DNA of 63,823 nt, filler included, from Collodictyon triciliatum (GCA_043381765.1; 11 parts of 11 records of this genome joined end to end with filler, not necessarily neighbours in it), one strand, 5' to 3'; shown: positions 37,330 to 57,744, numbered from the whole stretch's first letter. Numbers and translations are program-made. Notes: a model not told the origin generated them from the letters alone.

Positions 37330-37836
37330 AATAGCAAATGAATCAAGGGAAAAAATAGAATCATGTGTAAGGGATATTAAAGTAGTATGGGTCTTATATA
37401 AATTACGGGTTTTTTAATATCTCTTGCATTCGATTTGTTTTGTTTTTTTGTTTTGTTTTGTTTTGTTTTGTTTTGTTTCATTTTGTTTTGTTTCATTTTG
37501 TTTTGTTTCATTTTGTTTTGTTTCATTTTGTTTTGTTTTGTCTTGTTTTGTTTTGTTAATTTTTTAACTACATTCTTTCGTTTCTGTCATTATTGGTAAA
37601 ATATGAATATCGCTGTTCAGAAAATGGCAAAATGTTGGAAAAAAAAAGTCCTTTTTTCTTCTCCTTGGCAGCCCATTTAATAATATAGTTAGATTTATCA
37701 TTCCCAGACGCCTTTCCTTTTCCTTCTTGGATGCACTTTCTGGAAGAAGGATAGTAGAACGATTGTTAGGTTGTGATTGCGATAACAATTTTCCACAAAC
37801 ACCGACAAAAGCCCCACTCGAATACGGGAGAATCCC

Positions 37837-41490
<3,654 letters not shown>

Positions 41491-41827
41491 AAATTGAAGA
41501 GTGATAAGAACAAATTTAGTTTTGAGAAAATTTTCAGACATCGACTCATGGACAAATCACTTTTATTTTATTTTATTTTATTTTATTTTATTTTATTTTA
41601 TTTTATTTTATTTTATTTTATTTTATTTTATTTTATTTTATTTTATTTTATTTTATTTTATNNNNNNNNNNNNNNNNNNNNNNNNNNNNNNNNNNNNNNN
41701 NNNNNTTAATTAATTAANNNNNNNNNNNNNNNNNNNNNNNNNNNNNNNNNNNNNNNNNNNNGTTTTGTTTTGTTTTGTTTTGTTTTGTTTTGTTTTGTTT
41801 TGTTTTGTTTTGTTTTGTTTTGTTTTG

Positions 41828-41858
<31 letters not shown>

Positions 41859-42404
41859 TCACAGTTAACCATGCAGGCAGGCAGAAACCAGTGGAGTGGG
41901 CGAGGGATTATCATGAATCCTCTAGACAGATGCACATGTAATCATCGAGGATGAACTTTTGCTTTCGCAGACACAAAAGATGCAGTGTCCGGTGCTGGTC
42001 TTAGTTGCGAGAGCGGAAACAAACCAGCCATGTAAATCCATTATCTCTCTGAAAAATGGTCAGCGATATGCCCAGGAAATGCCTTTTGGCTGGAACAAGA
42101 CCACTCTGTTACAGCCTGAATCGCACTCTCAACCTCACAACCCTGAAGCTTTTCAATATTTGTCAATATTAATTCCCAGAGTATTTTTTTTCTCTTTTTT
42201 TTTTCTCTGGTGAAGACACCTTCCTAGACCTGAGTGGAGCGATTTTTGCGCGCTCTCGCCCAACCTGCCTTCCCAATTGCATGAAGCGCCATCAGCACAT
42301 ACACAAACCCAGCCGCTTACGACAACCCTTGTAAACCCGAAACCCCCAGCTTGCTGAATCCGCTCCTGGAGTAGGACGAAAGGTTCTCCCTGACACGATC
42401 GAGA

Positions 42405-45400
42405 ATGAGCTTTGCAAGAATGGATTCCTTGGCTTCGAACATCTTGCCGCCGCAGTGGATCAATGTTCTGAGTCCACCGCAGATGATCAACTTGGCAAAA
42501 AGTACGAATGGAATATGCTTCCTTCTTTTTCTATATGGTTCCTTATCCTGGTTCGTGTAGGAGCCTTACATAGTTCTCATTGGAGTTTCATAACACCATT
42601 TTATTTATACGATTTTATACAGTATATTTTTTCATTTTACACTTTGTTTTTTTGAAGGTATCTTTATAGCTGTTAATTGTATGTACTCTCTGTCTTTGTC
42701 TTTGTCTTTGTCTTTGTCTTTGTCTTTGTCTTTGTCTTTGTCTTTGTCTTTGTCTTTGTCTTTGTCTTTGTCTTTGACTTTGTCTTTGTCTTTGTCTTTG
42801 TCTTTGTCTTTGTCTTTGTCTTTGTCTTTGTCTTTGTCTTTGTCTTTGTCTTTGTCTTTGTCTTTTTCTTTTTCTTTTTCTTTTTCTTTTTCTTTTTCTT
42901 TGTCTTTGTCTTTGTCTTTGTCTTTGTCTTTGTCTTTGTCTTTGTTTTTTGGAGATTTTGACACTGTTTATTGAGCGACACTTCACTTTGAAAGGAAACA
43001 CGGGGCTACCGCTATTGAAAAAGTTTGGCAGAGTCTGTAGAAAATACTGGGTTTTCGTTACTATATGTGTTGGTGTGATTATCGGGGTAAATTACATATT
43101 ATGTTTTAACGCATCTTATAATATGATATAATTATAAAAATTATTATTGCATGGAGATGCTCAATAAATAAATAAACAGAAAAGTAAACATACAAACAAA
43201 CAAATAATTCATTTCCCTTGTATAGGAAACTTATCTTGAACAACTTCCGTCGGATTTATATCGGCGATTATTTGACGAAGCTTTACCTAGTCAGGTTAGT
43301 GACTCACACAAAACAGACAATATTTTATATCATCCAAAGTATCCATGGTTTTGCTGCCGTACGTAAATGTTAAGATTATCTCACAAATGATTCTCAATTG
43401 GCCCAGAACATCAATCTGGTCATGAACCTTGCCATCAAACTTCTTGCTTTGCTTGGGTTGACGAGTATAATGGGTGTTGTGCAGAATTATCTTTCAACTA
43501 AGGTGTTATTTTATTGCTTTAAATTATGTTCGTGATAAGAAACAGAGATGGAAAAGGAACTGTAATACTATTATGCCAATTCGTTCATTCGGTTCATCTA
43601 CACTACTGTGTTTGAGTCTGACAGTAAATTGAATATTATCTTTGCTATCCGTGCATTCACTCACTAATGTCCATGTTTAGGTAAGCGAAGGAGTAGGTCT
43701 TGAATTGCGAGAAAGCCTTTACATTCACCTTTCCAAGATGCCTTTCCATTTCTTCACCATTCTGAAAAATGGAGATTTTGTATCACTATTCAACAATGAG
43801 CTTGTTACTGCCACAAATGCCATCGGTTCAACAATACCACGCGCAATTCACAATATATCAGCCGCTATTCTCGGCTTCCGAACTTTGTACATCATCGAAC
43901 CCTCTTTTGCATTGATGATGTTCCTGATAATTCCCATTTTCCAGATTCCTGTAAGTTTTTGTCTATCAAGGATAATATTTTTGTTTCTTAATTAAAGCAA
44001 TTAGACCCATAAATCCACTCTGTCTGTATTTTTGAAAAGCAATAATATGCAATAGAATATAAATCAAATGCTTCCGGTTCAATTTTCAAAGCTAATTAAA
44101 CTTTCATATAGTCTCGTTATTTCGGTGAAAAACTTAAGGAAATTAGGAAACAGGAAATCAATACTCGAGCAGAGCTAAACAACGCTTTGCAAGACCACCT
44201 TTCCGTCCAAGGTCGTTCCTTACTCACCTTTTTTCGTATTATCATCATCTAAATATTTCCAAATCGCCATATAATTTATGCGATTCCCGGTCAATAATGC
44301 GAACCACTAAAGGCAATTTATGACGCCAAAACATACACAGGAATGCTTCTTTCTCGAACATTCGGCAATCATAAATATGGTATTAAAAAGTTTACAGAAG
44401 CCAATAATACTTTAAACGCCATGGGCTTACGGAGAAGTTTGTTTTCAGCAACATTCATGCAAGTTTTGGCATTTTCTGTCAGCATTTGCACTGGTATCAT
44501 CTACACGTTCGGATCTTCTTTTATTTTGAGTGTAAGAGCTACAAATGCCTAGTTTTTTTTAAAAAATAATAATAATGAGAAAGCAGATTATAATTACTAA
44601 CACCTTTTGAAATTAGAAAGGACTAACTATCGGAAAGATAATGGCTTTTGCAAATTCTATGCGTATATTTTGAACTTTTCATTTTGACTTTATATGTTTG
44701 ATATTGTGTCATACATCTCGTCAATAAGAAATATATTCAAATATGATAACGAAAAGAGGATAATGTTTAAGATAACTGAATGTAGTTCTAGGCTGGTTTC
44801 TGAAAAAAATTAAACTAATCAACAGACCGCGTCTATGGGCCACTTACGGAATTGTCCAACATCCAAGTTGATTATCGTTCCATTTCTGTGTGTTTTGCCA
44901 GACTCTTTTCGTATCTCGACCTCCCAACAGAAAGGAATGCAAACGAAGGGACACTGCTGAAGCTTACGGATGTAACTGGTGATATCAAATTTAGTGGGGT
45001 TCATTTCCAATATCCTAGGTCATTGTATGGAGACGGTAAGGAGTCTAACGAATGATTATCATAAAACAGAAATCGACTTAACCATACATTTGTGATTATT
45101 TTCTCTCTTCTTAACAGATATGAAGCTATGTAAATTGCGGTCCATTCTGCATGACATATCCTTTGAAATAAAGGCAGGAGAAAAAGTCGTGATTGTAAGG
45201 AATAAATAAATGCGTAATAATCTCTAACTGAAACTGCCAATTTGAATTACGTTTTTCTCTTTTTTTTTCTTTTTTTATTTATTCTTCCTTTCAATTTTGT
45301 GCAGGATGGTGAAGATGTTGGCTACTACGTTTTTCTCTTATTTCTTTTATTCTGTCTGTACTGACTCGTTCCTTTTACGAGGTTGGTGCCAACGGTGCTG

Positions 45401-46426
45401 GGAAAACGTCTGTGGCCCAGCTATTGGCCCGCTTGTACTTGCCAAACGAGGGTCACATCGAGATAGATGGGCATGATGTTCAAAAAATATCTAGAGACTC
45501 ATATTGCCGTGTTATCGGTTTCCTAAGTCAGGTAACACAATCTCCCCATTCTGTCCTCCTTATTTTCTTCTACTTTCTCTCTGAATGTATGGCAGATGCA
45601 ATCTAATAATCCCAATCATATTTACGTCATTATTGTACAATCAGAAATTTACTCATCATTCTAGGATACATTTTTGCTCAATGACTCGTTGGAGAACAAT
45701 CTTCTTTATGCTAAACCCAAAGCAACTGAAGAGGAGATGGAAAACGCCTGCACGATGGCTGGAATGAAAGATTTACTCGACCGTCTCCCACAAGTCATTT
45801 ACATCTCTATTTTATGTTTTTATTTTATGCACTTATGTATACATTTGCTTATTTGCATTTATTCAGAGACTAAAGACAATTATCGGGGAACGCGCGTTTG
45901 CACTCAGCCTTGGAGAGCGACAAAAGCTAGCCCTGGCGCGCTTTATTCTCCGCGATTACAAAGTCATCATAATGGACGAGTTCAGCTCCAACTTAGACCC
46001 ATCAATCGAAACCGAGGTGTTTTTCTCCCAGTTGATTTTATTTATCATACGAGCACTCATGCACACCATTATCCAATATTTACATCTCCTACGTCCCTAA
46101 CCGTGGGCTTCCTTCTGGAATGACCGCAGACTCAATTCTAAATTATATACATGTGTGGGTCTCTTGCCATATCTTCAATGGTTTCGGTTTGCTTGACAAA
46201 GCTCCACGAGCGCTTCGGGGAGATATTTAAGCACCGAACTATGTTGATGATAAGCCACCGAATCAACACGGCAAAGTGGGCTGACAAAGTCATCGTCATG
46301 GCAGACGGGCGAATTGTTGAGCAAGGCACATACGCCGAGCTGGTCAAGAAAAATGAGCATTTTGTGAAGCTCTTTTCAGGGCACATCGCCATCACTCCGG
46401 ATGAGGGCCATGACGCAACCCAATGA
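42405..46426 (+). CDS. ABCB-type half transporter (TMD-NBD), multi-exon
   Basis: LRESLYIHLSKMPFHFF..GD, GDIKFSGVHFQYP, Walker A GANGAGKTS, signature LSLGERQKLALAR, Walker B IIMDEFSSNLD, H-loop ISHR. The start codon is tentative. Confidence 0.9.
42689..42945. repeat. (TCTTTG)n intronic microsatellite
   Basis: Directly visible. Confidence 0.95.
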
Positions 46427-46798
46427 AAGAGGAAAGAAAAAGAAAAAGAAAAGAAAACCGACCCAAGAGAAATAAACGAACAGTCAGTCTTTCATATAAC
46501 TGAAATATTTAGGTATGATGTTGCACAGACAGCGGAATGCCCCATAGCACATGTCATCTTCAAATGCCGGTTCAATAATTATATTTTCTGTTTTAAGCGC
46601 TGCTTTTCCTTTTGTTTTTGTTTTTTGTTTTTTGTTTTTTGTTTTTTGTTTTTTGTTTTTTCTTTGCTGCGCGGTGCAGGATTTTATGCCAAATGTGGGT
46701 TATTAGTTTGTTGGTTTTGTGTGGATGAGTGCGTATATTACTGCAGATGGATTCAATATGCGATGCAAAGAGATTAATCAAGCCAATCATCAAAGTCG

Positions 46799-47590
46799 TT
46801 AGTCAAAATGCGGAACAGAATGAGTAGGAACAACAGGCCGGTCAGGCTTACACTCGCCATGTTCTGTTCGTGCGGTTGGGGGACACCCGGATAGAGAGGC
46901 ATCTTGTCCGCATGGATATTGTTTACAAAGTCCTGTACAAACAATACGAATGAGGCTGTATGTAACTGTTGGAGTTGATGGTTCCATTTGCTATTAGAAT
47001 GAAAGACGCTCTTTGCATAAAGTACAAACCACTTGGTGAACCCCAGTTATGCTCTTATGAGCAATCACTTTCAGGAAAGGTCGGTCAAAGTATATCCACA
47101 TTAAGGATATTGCATACGCCTAGTAAATATAAATACATAAAAAGGTGTTTTTTTTTTCTTTTCTTGTTATTCTCTAATATTCAACAAGTCTAAACTCCGT
47201 GTATAAACATCTACCTGCCAGATGATTGAGAAGACAAAACTGTTTGCCCATGAAAAACTAGTTTCTGGTCTGTCTTTCTGTGGTCATACACAAAAAAAAA
47301 TCAAGTTTTTATTTGGTTTTTGTTGGACATTTCTTGTTCACTTGCTGATGTGTACTTGTTTTCGTTTTTTAATTTAATGTGTATGTTTTGTGTGTTGTGT
47401 ATGTTGTGTATGTTGTGTATGTTGTGTATGTTGTGTATGTTTTCACGGACATAGCTCAAAGTGGAACCAGCTAAATCAAGGTTGTCGTATGAACATGCAT
47501 GAATTACCTTGATTTCCGAGAGAACCACAAAGCCGATGATGATGTTCAAGAAAAAATCGACTATTCTCATGAATATGGCTGTGCGCATTA
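46799..47590 (-). CDS. Hypothetical small membrane protein
   Basis: Exons with hydrophobic segments IVDFFLNIIIGFVVL and WANSFVFSIIWQ|AYAISLMWIYF, and a Cys-rich tail. Confidence 0.4.
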
Positions 47591-47768
47591 TGTAAAAATG
47601 CAAAAATACACCGAAAGCTATGCCTACTAGTCCTTGAACAAGCGACGCATAACCTGGGACATTCAGGGAACGAAAACGAGGAATTTATCATGCTGGAAAC
47701 AATAATGTCCTTTTTTGAGGCTCTTATGTTTTTTGTTTTTTTGTTTTTTTTTGTTTTTTTTTTTTTTT

Positions 47769-47834
<66 letters not shown>

Positions 47835-48190
47835 NNNNNNNNNNNNNNNNNNNNNNNNNNNNNNNNNNNNNNNNNNNNTTAATTAATTAANNNNNNNNNN
47901 NNNNNNNNNNNNNNNNNNNNNNNNNNNNNNNNNNCAAAATATCAAAAATATCAAAAATATCAAAATATCAAAATATCAAAATATCAAAATATCAAAATAT
48001 CAAAATATCAAAAAAAAAAAACATATCGCCCATGAAATTATACCCATGGCCAACTCTTGACAGTTATCATACGGATATACTCACTGCTCGAATATATTTG
48101 CTGATTATCTAACAGCGGGGACTTTGAGTCCTACTTTACACGACAGGGGTATTTACTAAATCAAATGAATTACCTAAATTGCGGTTATAG

Positions 48191-49113
48191 AGGTGCAAGA
48201 AAGGATCGACGCACTCGAGTCCCAGTTGATCGAATCTGACTCGAATGATATCTTTCAAAAACAGATATCTTCTCTGAAAGAAAAGAAGGCTGGCATACAT
48301 GTTCAAGTTGCTGCTCTTCAAGAGAGGAAAACGTATGAAAGATGAAAAAATTCCAATTATTGGAGCCCAATAACAAGAAACTTCTTAAATACCCGAGGCT
48401 GATGAAATAATGATAACGCATGATTTTGAATGATTATGATTATGATTTATTTTAAAAGATATTAAGCATTCTTTGAATCGAATAAAAGGGTGGAAACAGT
48501 AAAGATGATTGAAAGCAGTAGCCTCAGACATTAAAATGTATTTATATATTCTTTGTAATTTTCCATCTCGCAGAAAGATAGAACAGCAATCCCTTGCCAT
48601 TATCCAGGAAATAGAACGGGTGGAGCAAAAGAGGGAAGAATATGAAGCATACATTGAGTCAACAGATGCCAAAACGGCCCCGTAAGTACTTTCTCAGATA
48701 GCGCGTAGACTTGCGTGATGAGAGCCTTATAACTTTGATACTTGGCAATATATATTTATATTAATCCAAAATGATGAAAAAATAACCATCATATGTATAC
48801 ACAGAACAATATCAATGCTTTATACGAATATTTCTCAAATCCAATGGGACTTGTCTTCGAATCGCGTGAAAGGCTGTATCCTTCTCAATCATGATTCATT
48901 TTTTTCATTCTTGAAGCATTTGATTTTCTGTAATTTATTTCCTCTCTTTGGCAAGTCTGATGTGCATTTTATTTTGCTTAACATACTTTTCTTCAAAAAA
49001 AAGTTGTCTCGAAACCCGAGAATGCAGATGTCATTCTATTTGATTTTGACGAGAAGAAAGATTCATCTCAGCAAATTACGAACCAGCTGTGGGATATGAT
49101 TGCCTCAAAGTGA
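48191..49113 (+). CDS. SPC24: Kinetochore NDC80-complex subunit Spc24; 5'-truncated
   Basis: Coiled coil followed by SMLYTNISQIQWDLSSNRVKG|FVSKP..ILFDFDEKKDSSQQITNQLWDMI*, the Spc24 RWD-domain pattern (LY..i..I.WD....vkG...f.......n.LW..I). Confidence 0.8.
48876..49003 (+). other. U12-type (minor spliceosome) GT-AG intron in SPC24
   Basis: 5' splice site GTATCCTT, branch-like TTGCTTAAC at ~48974-48982, and no pyrimidine tract immediately before the AG. Removing it restores the Spc24 frame. Confidence 0.75.
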
Positions 49114-49403
49114 TACACTTGCAACCAACACAGCACCAGATGTACAAAGAAATGAACTTTCAAGAGAATAAAATAAAAATATTAAAACAGCAAGCAACTC
49201 AAAATAAAGTACAAAATGATTCCGTTTTGTATGCATCCCAATATCGATATTTGCCGCTCAATTTTGGGGCCTTTCCGCTTCACTAACCAACAGAATCCAA
49301 GAAACTGGGTAAACCCCGTAGAAAAATAACTGCAACCAATAGAGGCTGTTTCATCGTCAGAGGCTTACCTGAACTAGCAAGAGGGCAATGTTAGCACCAC
49401 AAT

Positions 49404-50860
49404 ATGACTGCAAAAGGGCCAAGCGAAGAGGATACTTCCATGCAAGGACAAACAGATGCCAGCAAGCTCACCCTGCTCAAGGTTTTCTCTCAACCCACTG
49501 TCGCTCAGAGCGCTGCCATGATTTTTCTGTCACCAGTGGGCACCAATCTTTCACATCAATCATTACGCACAAGAGAGTTCTGCTCACCTAATTCCAGTCT
49601 AGAAAATATGAGCGAGTGCATATTCATAGATAACTGCGATGTTTATGAGGTGCTGACACAAAATAAACATCCAAAACCGAAAGCACCCCAGCATCGTTCT
49701 GTCCAGCTTGTGGTTGTTGCAACGCTCGAAGTATTCTTTTAAAGCTGGAGCAACTCACTATACTATTCCATAGAAGCTTTTGACTGGTTGTTTTTCCAAA
49801 CTATGTAATGAGCGTCTCGCTACTTGTTTTTTTGTTATATTTTAATGTGCGTTTTGATATATTTGCTCCTGTGATGGTTTACGGTCAACTTCTATAATAT
49901 GCTTCGCCTCATCCTTTTCTATAAAATTAATTGAATGTCTTCCTCCTGGAGTCCACATCTCCCACATAAGCGCTCACGATTGATGATAGAGTGAGTAACT
50001 CGCACTTTACGAAATTACTTTTGCTTACATCATACTTAATTCCATTACGTTCATTATTAGAAACAGTTACATTATGACTATATTATTTGTGCTCCATTAT
50101 GGGCGATGATTATGCAATTGTTATTGTCCTGGCACGCCAGTGGAAAACTTACTTCAGAATCTGAGTCACAAATTGATAAAAACATGTGGCATATCCTTTC
50201 TTCCAACAAAACTTCTCTTGAAATGTTTACGCTATTGACACTCATCATTCTATATCACTGCTCAACAAACTATTAACTGGAAATTTTTATGGGTTTGGAA
50301 ATCACGACACGACTGGATGGAAGAGCCATTATTTTCTCGGATGTCTACAATTCGTTGGACTCATATCGAAGTAATTAATTTCAAAACCTCTTTGTGAAGC
50401 ACCCAAGAATTGGATGACATTAGGAAACATATTGAAAACAATAGGTATACTATTCTTTCCGCCCGTGATTACATATTCTGATTTTATTAATTGAATCGCA
50501 ATTACAGCACTAGTTTTAAGTGAACTTGATATTATTTCTTGATCATATCCAGTCATTCACGCTGTTTTTTTTTTATCATGAAGTCGTTGAAAAATCTTAA
50601 AATTATGGTTTTGAAGATGAAACTATGGATGAAAAGGTGAAGGAATGTAAATGCCATTGTGCCAACGAAGCCAATAAATGGTGAATATGGTGGTGTTTGT
50701 AAGAGTCATAAGCATGATTCCCGTCCGAGTTTGATACGTAAAGTTCAACAAGGAGGGAATCAAGATATAGCGTGATCTTTTCATCCTATTCACGTTTTCT
50801 TTACTTTGTATCCATGTGAGAAATTCCATCAGTTTCCCCAGCTCCCATGGCCTTGTAGGT
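49404..50860 (+). CDS. Probable multi-exon hypothetical gene
   Basis: Several short GT-AG bounded open segments such as WKSRHDWMEEPLFSRMSTIRWTHIE. The model is not resolved. Confidence 0.3.
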
Positions 50861-50959
50861 ATGCCAATCAATAGAGTCTTTTGTCATGCTTCAAATTATT
50901 CGTCGCCTCAATCACATGATTCTTAGGATTTTCATTCATTTCTCGATTGAGGTGTGCTC

Positions 50960-53830
50960 ACGAATCATTTTAGCTTTTTCTTGAAAACTACATTTATCAA
51001 GATGACATTCCTTTTGTAACATCTTGGAGGTTCTCACTTCAAATAAAAAAGCACATCATTGGGAATTTATTATATGCGTACCATTTTGTTGTTGCCTTTA
51101 CATCCTTTCTGCTTTAACTGATCAGAATCCCTTTATGATTGATATATATATATATATATTCAACATTGAAAATCGAGCGAAGGAAAAAAAAAACGTACCC
51201 AAAGTCGATGCTATGAGCATTAAAGATTGTGTCATCCTAAGATTCATTTCCTCCCTTTCTTCTTTCAAACATCCATATTCACATCAAGATGATTTCCAAT
51301 ATATTTATCCCTCTTCTACCTAGTTTGTGGGCTCCTGCGTGTAATATAGTTTTAAAATAGTATAAAAACGCCTTTTGTATTAAGGTATGTTTTGTCCAGG
51401 AATTCATTATGATATTATATCTCGCCACCTGCAGAGGTAGTGAAGTCTAGGTTAGCTAAAACCTGTGCCACTGCTAGATTCGTCGCTCATCATGGAAAAT
51501 AATAAAAATAAAAAAATAAAGGACTTTTTCTAACTCCGTTTTCATTCATTGCCATCAGAAAAGAGATAATTCTATCGACTTTAATGTTCATGTTGGTGGC
51601 GTTTGTGTGCTGATTAAGATGTATGTTCCGCGGGTTGATTGCATCCTTGGGTCTCTTTCCAGGGACAGCACGGTTATCAATTCGTCGCACCCATGGTCGG
51701 TTATCTATGTGGGCATATCTTAAAAATCCGCTAAAATATCATATAATGATAAGTATTACACTTGTTTCCCACAGGTTGAGCGATTCAACTTGTGTCAGAC
51801 GAAGAAAATGTCGGATGGAATGGTTGGTTACACCATGACCTCCTATCTCCAAAGTTTTTAATGTTTCATTGAGAAACTCTACGCCTAATTATTATTTTAA
51901 AAAGAAGCATAAATTTAGTGGTATGTAAATGAAAAAAATTCCCAAGTGAAGGACAATTTTGTCTAGTTGTATTCAATTAAAGACTTTTTGTTAATATCCA
52001 AATAATCCAATAATATAGCGTCGGTCAAAATCATATTTACCATCATCAGTTATGTTTGAACATCCAGAAACACTGAGACAATGTAAATTGGGTAATTTTT
52101 TAAGTTGGAATAACCCATAATTACTAACTGAGGTATAGGCAAGACGCACACTTGTCAATCCGTTGATTTTGGATAACGCTGTGGCAGTCTGTATTTTCCA
52201 TGCAACAAATGAGAATCGTATAATGCATCTGATGATATCAATGGTGATAATAATTATTGGTGATAATATTTGTAGTATTATTTCCAAATTTTGCATATAA
52301 CAAACCATATCCCCTGCAGATCCCCGACTAAGGTCTATGAATGTAAGATTTTGCAGACGACTAAGCTCCTCGCCCTCTTCATCTTGCACATTTGTCCCGG
52401 ATAGATTGAGATGGGTCAAGAAAGGGCAATAATCTGCAAGCCATTTATATACATCCCCAGTGATATTCGCATTTAAGGAGAGCACCAGATTTGTTAAACC
52501 CGGAAGTCTCTTCAACAAGTTATAAGCACCCTCGTTGGTCAAGCCAACATTAAAGGACAAATCTATATTTCGGATATTCTCGTGCAAAAAGTCTGCGTGG
52601 TTTTGTTGAAGCCACAACATCGACATGTCTCCAAATCGTGTTTGAGCAACGTTAAGAGTATGAAGTCGCGGTAAAGAAACAAGTAACTGGCATACTGCCT
52701 CATGTCCGATGAGCAAACAAGACACATTCAAATCCTCGATACTTTTCAATCTCATGATAATTTCGATTGTGTTATGAAGAGCCTTGGTTCCATTTATGTT
52801 AAGCTTCACCAAAGATGGGAAATGCTGCAGGTAAGAAAAGGATTCGTCACTAAGTTTCTTGCATCGTCCAAAGCTTAGGGTCTCTACAGGTATTTCTGAA
52901 TCTTTGAAGTTTTGTCTCTTTTAGTGTTCAATTTATACAATAAAATAAATAAACCAATCAAGGGAGTGCCAGTGACAAAGTTGATACGTTATCCTTCTTT
53001 AGCTTAGCATATTTTAACACTGGACATTTATAAGATTCATTCGGGATAATCTCTGTTTACACAAATTATTTGTCTTATGAGCAGTCCATTCGCGAATAGG
53101 TGAACCATATATATATCAACTTTTTTATTTGATTTTTTTGTAAAACAGTTAAATTGAGATGACACAAGCATAGCCTTAATGCCGGTAGAGAACTTCGACT
53201 CACCTATTAACGAGCGCAGTAGATGAGAGACAGCGTCATCTGTCAGCGAAAAGGAGCGGTCCAGTATGATGTGACGAATGTTGCTCCACGTAGAAATGAG
53301 ATACATAAATCCATTCAAGGCACATCCAGAGAGGTCGATATATTCCAAGGGACATCCCAACTACATCAGTTCAAGTTTCCCATACGCACAAGCAAAGTAT
53401 TGTCAGCTCTTTGATTTGTGATGCAGAGACGAACTCAGACAAGATAAACAGATGCTTAGGAAAAAATTAAATAAATAAATGAATAATAATAAATAACAAA
53501 AAGGGAAATCGTTTCAAGACAACCATATATTTAAAAATCCATTTGTGCCCTTATATTTTTTTAAAAGAAAATTAATGATAAAAGATGAGGGTTAGAACCG
53601 GATCGTCAGTCAAAGCTTGAACAAACTGCTCCGTCATTCTGTTTGAGCGGCATAATTGCTGAATGAGTTTTTCCACCAAGTCTGCAGGCAATTGAAGCAG
53701 TTCTGTTCGACAGGCTATGCGGCGGTCTTCGGCGCACACACGAATACAGCATTCAGCCAAAGAAGGGATTCTTCTGGGCATCACTGGCAGTCTGCGCACC
53801 TTGTTATTTGAAGCACTTCGCGTGCCATGT
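50960..53830 (-). CDS. RNI-like/FBXL-type leucine-rich-repeat protein
   Basis: IPSLAECCIRVCA..LLQLPADLVEKL N-terminal motif, then Cys-containing LRRs LEYIDLSGC, LTHLNLSGTNVQD and LHCLSVSGCSNITDDG. Ends are approximate. Confidence 0.8.
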
Positions 53831-54808
53831 CGTGTTTTGTATCAGACCCGGAAATACACACAGTCTTACACGATTACAAGATTTTTTTTATTACTCAATA
53901 TAGAATGATAGGCCTTTTTTTGTTTTTGTTTTTTTTTTGTTTTTTTGTTTTTTTTGTTTTTTTTGTTTTTTTTGTTTTTTTTGTTTTTTTTGTTTTTTTG
54001 TTTTTTTGNNNNNNNNNNNNNNNNNNNNNNNNNNNNNNNNNNNNNNNNNNNNTTAATTAATTAANNNNNNNNNNNNNNNNNNNNNNNNNNNNNNNNNNNN
54101 NNNNNNNNTTTTTGTTTTTGTTTTTGTTGTTTTGTTGTTTTGTTGTTTTGTCGCTCTTGCCTACGTTCTGTGAAAGAGGAACGAGTCACGGCCGAGACCA
54201 CACTGTTAATTTGTGGAAAATATAATCAACATCATAAATTATTGATTATGAGATTTACCTATCTCCTTTAGTGCCATACATAATTAAAATATCAATACAT
54301 ATGTAAGAATTTGATGTAGCGCACCTATGTTCTTCCTGGAACAAGTGGTTGGAGAATGTTTCGAGGAACAAAACGCAAATGGTGATTCGATCTTTTACTT
54401 GATTCAGAATTTGCACGAGAATTATTCGCATTTATATGTTGGCTGTTCGGGTTGTGTTTTACCGCAAAGTTATCAAGTGTAACAACTACTGCGCCTCGCA
54501 AAGGAATTGCTGCGGCGGATTCTAGTACTCGAACAATCTGCCTCTTCGTCTTGCAACCCTGTCATTTGTATATGTGTCCCTTGTCATATAGATTACTCTT
54601 TCATTTCTATGTTTCTGCCTTTTTTGTTTTAGTCTTTTAGTCATTTAGTCATTTAGTCTTTTCCCTTTTCTTACTTCCGAAGAAATTGGCAACATGACTT
54701 TTCTTTAGTTTTCTTATTTATGTTTTTACATTATTATTATTTTTATTATTATTATTCATACGAAACAATAGCAATCTTAAGGAATACAACTCAACTCAAC
54801 CATCGATA

Positions 54809-57083
<2,275 letters not shown>

Positions 57084-57744
57084 GCTGCACACAACTCTCC
57101 TGCGTCGTCCATCTGATTACGTGTCTATACCTAAGCAACCTCACCTACCTCTAATGACTCTTCGCATCAGAACTGCAAGCCCGAGAAGCAAGAAAAAAAA
57201 AAGTACCAGGGAAAGAAAATAATGATGATGAAGAAGAAAAGAATTGTTTATCGACGCAGCGCACAATATCAAGCATGATAGCATACACCCCATTCTATCC
57301 CACAGACACAGTCTTGTATTATCTTATCTTCACCAACCCACCACTCACTCCGATGCACTCTCCCATGAGATTGCAATACTGCCTCGTGATGCAGACCGTG
57401 CCCAACTCTATATCTCCTCTTCCTGTTGTGGGACTGATAACTTGTTATTGGTCTTCAATCGACTCATAAATATATAAAACGTACGAATATGTCTCGCCTC
57501 TCAGTTCGTGGCCTTGTGCCGCATCGTTCTTGACTTATTTAATCATTGTAATCACAGTAGTCTAATGAAACACCATTACAACCTGCGCTGCACAACGAAT
57601 AAGTGCTTCATGGTGTCGGACGGGACAGCTTTAAGCTTGCGATATGACTGTTGGCCGAGGTGTAACAAAAAGAAAATAGAAAAAGCGGAAAGATTAGATT
57701 TATTTTGGGTTTGGCGCGGTTGGGAATTGTTTATTTTGCCCAGA

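Noticed and set aside
45156-45164. ATATCCTTT as an AT-AC U12 donor (similar hits at 15648 and 50191)
   Set aside because: It falls inside coding sequence (LHDISFEIK; ENILCS at 15648), and no intron is needed there.
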